Shown here: positions 45,992 through 54,140 of the stretch, piece by piece | Numbering within the stretch: position 1 is the stretch's first letter | Layout of the letters: the number at the start of each line of letters is the position of its first letter | From: Alphaproteobacteria bacterium | GTDB lineage: Bacteria; Pseudomonadota; Alphaproteobacteria; Micavibrionales; Micavibrionaceae | Length of the DNA stretch: 64,000 nucleotides | Direction: 5' to 3' | Assembly: GCA_028277665.1 (NCBI GenBank) | Contig: JANQFU010000014.1 | Span: 4,926 to 68,925, forward strand | The notes under the pieces: generated by a model | Seen by the model: the letters and a program-made list of their open reading frames with translations, nothing else | Databases searched by the model: none | Told to the model about the DNA's origin: nothing | Program-made: the position numbers and the translations under genes

Positions 45992-48100
45992 TCAAACCAG
46001 AGAATTCTGACCGTGGACGAGGTCTTTCAGTGTCGGAGCGGCAAGATCCGCGGTGTCAATCATCTGGTCGTCGCCATGATAAAAATACAAAGCTCCGGAG
46101 ATCCGGCACGATTCGAGGGCTGCGGCATAACGGCGGACCATCGTCTCCCGCATATCGGGCCCGACGGGCAGGCGGGTGCGCAAGGCAATATCGAGGATAT
46201 CGTTTTGAAAAAGCCCGTCGACCTGAACCGCCCCCATGCGGGAAAGGGAGAGGTCGAACACAAAACGGGCCCGGTTGCTTTTTTTGCCGCAGGCCTGTTC
46301 GTTCTCCTGTTCGCTGCCGCCCTGCTGATAATAAAGGGTGATATGGCGGATTTCGTTTTCCGTATACATGGGAAGAGGCAGAGCTCGCCATTCCCCGGTT
46401 CCCGGGGCGGGCGTGCGGGCTTGCGCAGAAAGATTTTGCCACTCGCCGGCAAGCCGCTGGAGCAGGCCGTCTTTCCCGGCCCGGCGCAAGGTCTCAATCG
46501 ACCGCTCGCCGAGCCATGCGGACAGATCCCCGTTTTTGAGAGTATGAATAAACAGGAGAAGGGCTGCGCCGAGTTGGGCGGGCGGCGCGGCCGCATTGGG
46601 CAGGGTCGCGGCGAATTGTGTAACGGAAGGGGAAAGAAGCGCCGCCGATGCGGTCCGGTGTTGGGGTGAAGAGGTCGAAACCTCCGGAAGGCCCTGAAGA
46701 ATAAAACCGGCTTCCTGTAAAGATCCCCAGAGCCCCGGAGAGGAAAACAGGGAAATATTATCGGCTTTAGGGGGGGATGTGCCCGGCGGGACGGGGGCGG
46801 AAGATTTTTCTGTAGAAACAGGGATTTCAGATGGAATCGGCGCAAACAAAACCGGACTTCCGGGCGGCGTCAGATTATCCGGGAGCGTCACACTTGCAAA
46901 GGAAGGTGGCGCGGCGGGGCCTTTCCAGAGTTTCAGGACGGCCTGATGCTGCGGAGACTGGCCGGTGGCCGGAGGAGACGGCGGAAGGTAAAACGAAAGC
47001 TCTCCGGTCTGCTGTACGGGCAAGGACTGCACGGACAGAGGAAAAAACGGGGAGAGCGGCTCCCGGATGTTTTGCGGCCCTGCCGGAATCGCGGTGCCAG
47101 TCCCGTCCGCAGGCAGGGATAAAACGGCCTTTTGAGGCGGCGCGGTAAAAAGAGGCTCCGGCGGCGGGGGGGTCGAAGAAGGCAGGGGGCTTACGCTCAA
47201 AGATGAAGCGCCGACATTGCCGTGCGTAGCGGAAAGAACGGCAACGGCGGCCGCAGGAGATGGAAAGGGGCGCAGCCATGTTGTGGTTTCCGGCTCTGTA
47301 ATCGCGGAATCTGGCGGCGGGACAAAGGCAAGAAGGAGCGCCGGCCCGGGGGCGGGAGAAGACGGAACGGGAACGCTGAGGGCCGGATTCGGATCGACGG
47401 CAGGCGGCAGGGAGGCGGCAGGGATAACGGCATCCGGAAGAGGCGCAGGCGGCGGCGCAGGCAAAATACTTGCCGCGGCCGGAAGAGGGACCGGCTCCAC
47501 AAGCGTATGAGTGGCAAGATTTTGGAAAATCTGAAGATTTTGCGCCTGTTCCGGGGAGATCGGACGGAGTTCGGCGATGACCTGCCGATAGAGCGAGGTC
47601 TGCTCAAAAACGCCGGATTTTGAGAATTCTGTAATCTGAACAGGCGTAGGGCGGCTGTATTGCTCGGGCCGCTCGGGACGCACAATCTCTTCCAATGCCG
47701 GATCAACCGGCCTTTCGGCATTATTCGGGCGGGCCGATGATACAGGCACGGGAAGTGGCGTCTCATCGGGAAAGCGGATCTCGACCTGTTCGCCTTTCCG
47801 GGGGAGGTCTTGCGCCGTCTTTGTCTCCGGGACGTTCTTCAAGAGAATGTCGCCTTTATCCGTGCGAATTCGCAGAGTCCCGTCTTCGTCGTTGCGCTCG
47901 ATGACTTTTCCGGAAACGCTCCGGTCTTTCCGGACGGCCTCTTCTACGCGCGCTTCCATGCCCAGGATTTTGAGATTTTCGGAAACGGTGAGGGATTTCG
48001 GCGACGGGGCAAACGTCTTCGCGCGCACGGCCCGGGCGCCGGAGGCGGTAAGTGTCTGGGAGGACAAATTCCCGGAAGAGCCGCTGCTGTCTGTTGTCAT
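45992..48100 (-). CDS. proline-rich protein with FliK-like (hook-length control type) C-terminal domain
   Basis: About 350 central residues are Pro/Ser/Ala-rich. The C-terminus RFVFDLSLSRMGAVQVDGLFQNDILDIALRT...MVRRYAAALESCRISGAL follows the alternating pattern of the FliK C-terminal domain as I recall it. Confidence 0.45.
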   Translation of the reverse strand: MTTDSSGSSGNLSSQTLTASGARAVRAKTFAPSPKSLTVSENLKILGMEARVEEAVRKDRSVSGKVIERNDEDGTLRIRTDKGDILLKNVPETKTAQDLPRKGEQVEIRFPDETPLPVPVSSARPNNAERPVDPALEEIVRPERPEQYSRPTPVQITEFSKSGVFEQTSLYRQVIAELRPISPEQAQNLQIFQNLATHTLVEPVPLPAAASILPAPPPAPLPDAVIPAASLPPAVDPNPALSVPVPSSPAPGPALLLAFVPPPDSAITEPETTTWLRPFPSPAAAVAVLSATHGNVGASSLSVSPLPSSTPPPPEPLFTAPPQKAVLSLPADGTGTAIPAGPQNIREPLSPFFPLSVQSLPVQQTGELSFYLPPSPPATGQSPQHQAVLKLWKGPAAPPSFASVTLPDNLTPPGSPVLFAPIPSEIPVSTEKSSAPVPPGTSPPKADNISLFSSPGLWGSLQEAGFILQGLPEVSTSSPQHRTASAALLSPSVTQFAATLPNAAAPPAQLGAALLLFIHTLKNGDLSAWLGERSIETLRRAGKDGLLQRLAGEWQNLSAQARTPAPGTGEWRALPLPMYTENEIRHITLYYQQGGSEQENEQACGKKSNRARFVFDLSLSRMGAVQVDGLFQNDILDIALRTRLPVGPDMRETMVRRYAAALESCRISGALYFYHGDDQMIDTADLAAPTLKDLVHGQNSLV

Positions 48101-48150
48101 GAGACGATATTAGCGGATTCAAAGAGAGACGTCACGCGGCAGGACGGGGG

Positions 48151-48981
48151 TCAACCGGCATTTTTTTGTTTGCGGGCGTCGGCAATATAGCTGACGACCG
48201 TGCGGGCGATATCCTCGATATCTTCGGCCGCGTCACAATTCGGAGAACGGGTCAGGAGCGGGGTCTGGCGGCGGATCGCATCCTTGACTTTCGAATCGAG
48301 GCGCACCATTCCGGCCAGAGGCGGCGTGATCCGCAGGAAATTTTCGCAGGCTTTTAAAAGCGTTTTGTAGGTTCGCTCCGCTTCGGAAAGGCTTGACGCC
48401 ATATTGACGACGATGCTTACGTTTTTGGACATGCCTGCGGCATTGCCGAGTTTGATAAAGGCATACGCATCCGTGAGAGAGGTCGGCTCGTCCGTGGAAA
48501 TCAGAAGGATCCGGGTCGCACTCGCGGAGAGCATGCGGACTGTCCGGTCCACGCCCGCCCCGAGATCGACGATAACGACATCGTAATCCTCGGCGACTTC
48601 CAGAAGCTGATCCCGCAAAAGCGCCAGACGCTGGCTCGGCAGGGCGGACAGGGACGCCTGCCCGGAGCGGCCCGCGATAATGTCGAACCCGCCGTCTTCA
48701 TAGGTCTGGACGACTTTATCGAGGCCGAGCCGTCCGCGAATCACGTCATTCAGATCGCGCTTGGGCATGAGGCCAAGCTGGACGTCCACATTGGCAAGTC
48801 CGAGATCGCCGTCAAACAGGAGAACGCGCTTGCCGTCGCGCGCCAGAGCATGGGCCATGGAGATGGAGAACCACGTTTTCCCGACGCCGCCTTTACCGCT
48901 GGCCACGGCGATAATGTTGTGCCCCCGGCGGAAAGAGCCGGTCTGGGTGTCGTCTCTGTTGTGTGTATCGCTCGCGGTCAT
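48151..48981 (-). CDS. flhG: MinD/ParA-family ATPase FlhG (FleN/MotR-like)
   Basis: Deviant Walker A IAVASGKGGVGKT, DGDLGLANVDV and VIVDLGAG. There is a 4-nt overlap with flhF. Confidence 0.8.
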   Translation of the reverse strand: MTASDTHNRDDTQTGSFRRGHNIIAVASGKGGVGKTWFSISMAHALARDGKRVLLFDGDLGLANVDVQLGLMPKRDLNDVIRGRLGLDKVVQTYEDGGFDIIAGRSGQASLSALPSQRLALLRDQLLEVAEDYDVVIVDLGAGVDRTVRMLSASATRILLISTDEPTSLTDAYAFIKLGNAAGMSKNVSIVVNMASSLSEAERTYKTLLKACENFLRITPPLAGMVRLDSKVKDAIRRQTPLLTRSPNCDAAEDIEDIARTVVSYIADARKQKNAG

Positions 48982-49997
48982 CGCGTTGTCCGTCCTGTTC
49001 CCTGATCGTCCTGTCTTTTGCGTCTTTGAGACGGCATTAAATAATCACAAATAACTTTCGGGCTGGGCGTTTGCAACCCGTCGGCAACCTGCGGATTTGC
49101 GGAAAGCTCTGCAAAACTCAGGCCACCTTGATGCGCGGCTTCGAGAAGCCCGCCGATCCGCCGCGCGACATCAAGGCGCGTACACAGCATACGCTGGACG
49201 CCGATCGATGCGAATACGCGGGCGATTTCGCCGGATTCCGTCGCATCGGCCCCGGCCGGCATAACGAGGACAGGCTCGATCCTCCCGGTTTCGATCATCC
49301 GGGCCAGCGTCCGAACCTCGTCCGGTGCGAACGGGTTGATCCCGGGGGTATCAATGAAAACCTGTTCGGCCTGAGCGTCGGCGGCGCGCGCAAGCGCATC
49401 CTCCAGATCACTCCGGTTCGCGGCTTTGCTCAGGTTGACTTTCATGATCCGTAAAAAGGCCTGGAGTTGCTCCATCCCGCCCGCGCGCTGTGTGTCCGTC
49501 GAAACGACGGCCGCATTCATATCCTGAAAAATGGCGCGGGCCGTGAGTTTTGCGGTCGCAAGCGTTTTCCCGGCTCCGGGCGGACCGACGAGCATGAACG
49601 CCTTGCGGGAAGGACCGGAAGGCAAAGGCTGAAAGCCGAACAAATGCTCGACCGCGGCGATCAGGGCAACGCGCGGCTGCTCAAGCCCCATAACGGTTGC
49701 GCAAGAGAGAATCTGATCCGTCACGTCTTCCGGCACGGAATGTTTGAGCATCGCTTCCGTCAGTTCCTCGTTGACGGCAGCCTCAAGATCTTCCTCGTCA
49801 TATTGCAGCCAGCCGCCGTCATCGGCGGTGTCGGCCAGTTCAAAAGCAGGGGCGTCTTCAAGGGCGGCCGTCACCCTTACAGCGCGCCCGCCGTTCTCCT
49901 CGCGTGTTGCGACGATAATGGCATCTTCACCGAGAGCTTCACGAACCATCTGCATCGCCTCTGTCATGGTTTTTGCATAAAAGGACTTCAGCCGCAT
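48978..49997 (-). CDS. flhF: SRP-type GTPase FlhF
   Basis: N-terminus MRLKSFYAKTMTEAMQMVREALGEDAIIV, G1 GPPGAGKT, G3 DTPG, and G4 reading TRLD instead of the usual TKLD. Confidence 0.8.
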   Translation of the reverse strand: MRLKSFYAKTMTEAMQMVREALGEDAIIVATREENGGRAVRVTAALEDAPAFELADTADDGGWLQYDEEDLEAAVNEELTEAMLKHSVPEDVTDQILSCATVMGLEQPRVALIAAVEHLFGFQPLPSGPSRKAFMLVGPPGAGKTLATAKLTARAIFQDMNAAVVSTDTQRAGGMEQLQAFLRIMKVNLSKAANRSDLEDALARAADAQAEQVFIDTPGINPFAPDEVRTLARMIETGRIEPVLVMPAGADATESGEIARVFASIGVQRMLCTRLDVARRIGGLLEAAHQGGLSFAELSANPQVADGLQTPSPKVICDYLMPSQRRKRQDDQGTGRTTR

Positions 49998-50168
49998 GGC
50001 AGGATATCGGACCGAATCAATTGATTATAAGACGTTTCACCACTTTGTACCAGAGAGTATACGTAATTGTCAGAAAAGGGAATCCCCCGGGAAGGGCTTT
50101 TTGCACATTTTTTCCCGGGTTGACTGTGGATAAATCGGCCCGTAGCAGGATATTCATGCTGAAGCCGT

Positions 50169-50606
50169 TCAGGAGTCATCGAGTTTTAAGGCTGCAGACG
50201 ACTCTTTGGTCGCGCTGTCCAGCATGATATCAAGGGCGATATTAAGTTCGGTCGTCCCGAGATCTTTTTCTCCGGCGCTCGGGATAATGATGCCTTCCGC
50301 AAGGCAAAAATCAATCAGCATCGCCGTAATGACGTCTGCGCGGAGATGGTAATCGAGATGTTCAAACGTGTCTTCGTTGAAGAAGGTGATTGTAACGGAT
50401 TTTTTGTTTTTCCGGATGTGATATTTTTCCTGCATGGTGACCGGAATGCGTTCCGGCCCCGGGTCGTAGGAATCGTTTTCGCTCGCAATTTTCGTTTTGA
50501 TAATCCGGCCTTTGGGAAGTTTCAGGTTCCGCCCGGCATTATATGCGTTCAGAGCTTTGGCCGTTTCGGCGTTTGTGAAGACGATTCGTCGGATTTCATG
50601 CGGCAT
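50169..50606 (-). CDS. hypothetical protein (first gene of the flhF operon)
   Basis: 145-aa ORF, 171 nt upstream of flhF on the same strand. No recognisable motif. Confidence 0.45.
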   Translation of the reverse strand: MPHEIRRIVFTNAETAKALNAYNAGRNLKLPKGRIIKTKIASENDSYDPGPERIPVTMQEKYHIRKNKKSVTITFFNEDTFEHLDYHLRADVITAMLIDFCLAEGIIIPSAGEKDLGTTELNIALDIMLDSATKESSAALKLDDS

Positions 50607-50894
50607 TGAATCTGTTCCTGGGTGAAGAGAATGAAAACGAAAAAGAATAAAGTCTGTTGTTTCTTGGGCGCATATCCGGGTAAGATCCGCAAGGGGCGTC
50701 CCGTTATGCGTCCCTGCTGTGTCGCATTATGGACCCGCATTTTTCAAAAATCCATCCTGAAGCGTTTTTTCTTTCTGTTTTTTCCGCTTTTTATCAATTT
50801 TTTAATGACTGTGCGTTCATTATGGGGAAAGCCGGAAAAGGATGGCTCAGGTGTTTGGATATCAATTTGAATATAAGCACGTATACAGGATCTT

Positions 50895-52853
50895 ATGAGC
50901 GAAGACAGAGAGTTCGAGATTGATTTTGAATTGGAAGATGAGGATGGGCTCACCGGAGAGGATCTGCGTCCGGCGAGTGCCGGACATCATCCGTCCGGGG
51001 TGTCTTTGTCCGGGGACGAAACCGGCAAAAAAGAAGAGCGGATAACAAGCGAAACGCCGTCGGCGAACCGCCGCCCGGGTTCGGATCAAGGGGCCGTATC
51101 GGGGGCGAAGGCCGTTGCGCTTCGGGAGAATGCCTCGCAGGAGCTTGATGCGTCTTCCGGTGACGAAAAACGTCCGGGACAGCCCCGCCTTGGGGAGCGT
51201 CTGGTCCAGATGGGGTTGATTACCAAGGATCAGCTTAATGTTGCTCTGCACGAAAAAAAGCTGTCCGGGAAAATGCTGGGTGCGGTTTTTGTCGATCTCG
51301 GTTTTATCGACGAAAATACGCTGACGGCCATTTTGGCGGAATCCTCGGGCTTTGAGGTTTTTGATCCGAAAAATACGATTTTTGACGGAGAAGCCGTACG
51401 GCTGGTGGATAAGGAGACGGCCAAAAAATTTCAGTTTCTTCCGATTTCTTTAAGCGAACACGAAGCCCTTGTTGCGATGGTCGATCCGTACGACGTCGTG
51501 GCGCTTGATACGCTAAGAAAATTCATGCCGAAATCGGTTCAGATCAAGCCGATGGTCACAACGTCCTCAATGATCGATGATGCGCTCGATGCGGCATACG
51601 GATATGCCAGCTCCATTTCCGACATTCTTAAAGAACTTGAGAATGAGGATGATGTCGATCTGACCAAGCTTTCAGAGAGTGAAGCGTATTCGCATCCGAT
51701 TGTCAGGCTGGTGAACGCGCTTGTTTTTGATGCTGTTAAAACAGGGGCTTCCGACCTCCATTTCGAGCCGGAAGAGAACTTTGTTCGTCTGCGGTACCGG
51801 AAAGACGGTACGCTCTATACTGCCCAGATTTTGCACAAGCAGCACTGGAACGGCATTTCGCAGCGGATCAAAATTATGTCCCAGATGAACATTGCGGACA
51901 AACTCTCACCGCAGGACGGGCGCTTTGCCCTGAATGTCGGTGGGCGGGTCGCGGATTTCCGGGTTTCGTCTCTGCCCACGGTCTGGGGGGAAAATATTGT
52001 TATGCGGGTGCTCGACAAGAGCGCGAGCATCATGCCGCTTGAGGGGCTTGGGTTCAGCGCCGAAAATCTAAAAAAAATCCGGCGGGCACAGAGCAAACCC
52101 GAAGGAATCATTATTGTGACGGGGCCGACGGGAAGCGGGAAATCGACATCGCTCTATTCGATGTTGAACGAAATCAATTCGGTTGAGGTGAATATTCAGA
52201 CCCTCGAGGATCCGGTTGAATATTCGCTGCCGATGATTCGTCAGACGCCGGTCCGGGAAGGCGTGCTCGAATTTGCGGACGGGATCAAGGCTTTGCTGCG
52301 CCAGGACCCGGATATCATTTTTATCGGAGAAATCAGGGACGCGATTACGGGAGGAATGGCGCTCAAGGCGGCGATGACCGGGCACCAGGTGTATACGACA
52401 TTGCATACGAATGACGCTTTCGGCGCAATTCCGCGTCTTTTGGATCTCGACATGAAGCCGGGGATGCTCGCGGGGGCGATTATCGCCGTCTTTGCGCAGC
52501 GTCTGGTAAAACGGGTGTGTCAGAACTGCCGGATTCCACACGAAGCGACGCCGGAAGAATGCCGCCTGCTGGGAGCCGATCCGAATGTGCCGCCGACGAT
52601 ATACGAGGCGGCCCCGGATGGATGCAAGGTCTGCGAAGGCAAAGGTTACAAGGGGCGGATTGCCGTGGCCGAGATCCTTTTGTTTGATGAGGATATGAAC
52701 GCGCTTCTCGCGGAAGGCGTCTCAAAGGCGGAAATTAAAAAACTCGCTCTTGAAAAAGGCTTCAAAAATATGCGGGACGATGGCATGCTGAAAATTCAGG
52801 AAGGTGTGACGACTTTCGATGCCCTAAGCCGTGTTGTGGATATCAACGGATAA
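50895..52853 (+). CDS. pilB: type IV pilus assembly ATPase (PilB/MshE/GspE family)
   Basis: Walker A GPTGSGKST. Asp/His boxes are also present. The tetracysteine motif is CQNC...CKVCEGKGYKGR. An N-terminal T2SSE_N/MshEN-like domain is preceded by a ~97-aa acidic disordered extension. Confidence 0.88.
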   Translation: MSEDREFEIDFELEDEDGLTGEDLRPASAGHHPSGVSLSGDETGKKEERITSETPSANRRPGSDQGAVSGAKAVALRENASQELDASSGDEKRPGQPRLGERLVQMGLITKDQLNVALHEKKLSGKMLGAVFVDLGFIDENTLTAILAESSGFEVFDPKNTIFDGEAVRLVDKETAKKFQFLPISLSEHEALVAMVDPYDVVALDTLRKFMPKSVQIKPMVTTSSMIDDALDAAYGYASSISDILKELENEDDVDLTKLSESEAYSHPIVRLVNALVFDAVKTGASDLHFEPEENFVRLRYRKDGTLYTAQILHKQHWNGISQRIKIMSQMNIADKLSPQDGRFALNVGGRVADFRVSSLPTVWGENIVMRVLDKSASIMPLEGLGFSAENLKKIRRAQSKPEGIIIVTGPTGSGKSTSLYSMLNEINSVEVNIQTLEDPVEYSLPMIRQTPVREGVLEFADGIKALLRQDPDIIFIGEIRDAITGGMALKAAMTGHQVYTTLHTNDAFGAIPRLLDLDMKPGMLAGAIIAVFAQRLVKRVCQNCRIPHEATPEECRLLGADPNVPPTIYEAAPDGCKVCEGKGYKGRIAVAEILLFDEDMNALLAEGVSKAEIKKLALEKGFKNMRDDGMLKIQEGVTTFDALSRVVDING

Positions 52854-52907
52854 CGCATGACCTGATCATCTGAGGCCGGATCGGCCTTATTGTCTGCCGG
52901 AGGATTT

Positions 52908-54125
52908 ATGGAACGCTTCAAGTACAGGGCGATAAATGCCAAGGGCCGTTCGACCAGAGGGGTGATCTCTGCTGCGAACGAAACGGACCTGTATGAGCAG
53001 CTGAGCGTGGCGGGGCTTGAACTCGTTCAGTGCCAGAAGATTAAATCGAGGAAAAGTTTGTCCCCGGGATTCCTGATCAAGATGCGGGTTAATACCCGTG
53101 ATATGGTCCAGATTTTCTTGAGTCTCGACCAGATGCAGGGGGCGGGTGTCTCGATGCTCGACTCTCTGGCCGATATCCGGGATTCTCTTGATAATGAGAC
53201 GCTTCGCGACATTATGTCCGAGATTTGGCGGGATGTGTCTGAAGGGAGCGCGCTCTCCGAAGCGATGGCGCGACATCCTCTCATTTTTTCGCCGCTGTAT
53301 GTCTCCCTGATTGCGGCAGGGGAGGAAACGGGAAATCTGAATGCGTCCTATCAGCAATTGATCAAGTTTTTAAGCTGGAAAGAAGATCTTGAGCGCAAGG
53401 TGAAAAAAGCCAAGCGCTACCCGATTATTCTCGGGTGCGTGATTATCGGTGTCGTTGGCTTTATGATGACCCTTGTGGTGCCTCAGGTTGTAGGGTTTAT
53501 CGAGAATATCGGTCAGGATTTGCCGTTTTATACAATCTGGTTGATGCACACGTCTGACTTTTTTGTGAACTACTGGTGGCTGGTTCTGCCTGCGCCGTTT
53601 CTCGTCTTCTTCCTGATCAAGGTGTTGAGCAGCATGTCGAGCTCTTTTGCGTATCAGGTTGATCAGTTGTTTTTGTCGATGCCGATCGCGGGACCTCTGG
53701 TCCGGAAAATCAATATTGCCCGTTTCTCCCAGACTTTCGGCGCGCTGTATTCAAGCGGAATCGATGTGCTTAAGGGGCTCAGATCGGCGCAGGAGACGGT
53801 CACAAATCTGGCCTTAAATGCATCTTTGGAAGGTGTATACGAGGATGTCGCCGTCGGCAGTCCGCTTTCCGACGCGTTGAATGCCTCGGGGGAATTTCCC
53901 AGTCTTGTCGTGCGGATGGTGCGGATCGGAGAAGAATCCGGAGATCTTTCGACAGTGCTCGACAAGGTGGCGGATTATTATACAAAAGACGTGGATGATG
54001 CGGTTCAGGGATTGATTACGATGATTGAGCCTTTGCTTACGGCTATACTCGGTGCTATCATCGCCTGGATTGCTATCGCTGTCTTCGGCCCCATCTATAT
54101 GAGCTTTTCTGACATCGGACTCTAA
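52908..54125 (+). CDS. pilC: type IV pilus platform protein (PilC/GspF family)
   Basis: Two T2SSF repeats (LSEAMARHPLIFSPLYVSLIAAGEETGNL and LSDALNASGEFPSLVVRMVRIGEESGDL). ATG 52908 follows GGAGGA. Confidence 0.88.
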   Translation: MERFKYRAINAKGRSTRGVISAANETDLYEQLSVAGLELVQCQKIKSRKSLSPGFLIKMRVNTRDMVQIFLSLDQMQGAGVSMLDSLADIRDSLDNETLRDIMSEIWRDVSEGSALSEAMARHPLIFSPLYVSLIAAGEETGNLNASYQQLIKFLSWKEDLERKVKKAKRYPIILGCVIIGVVGFMMTLVVPQVVGFIENIGQDLPFYTIWLMHTSDFFVNYWWLVLPAPFLVFFLIKVLSSMSSSFAYQVDQLFLSMPIAGPLVRKINIARFSQTFGALYSSGIDVLKGLRSAQETVTNLALNASLEGVYEDVAVGSPLSDALNASGEFPSLVVRMVRIGEESGDLSTVLDKVADYYTKDVDDAVQGLITMIEPLLTAILGAIIAWIAIAVFGPIYMSFSDIGL

Positions 54126-54140
54126 TCGGGATTAAGGATA

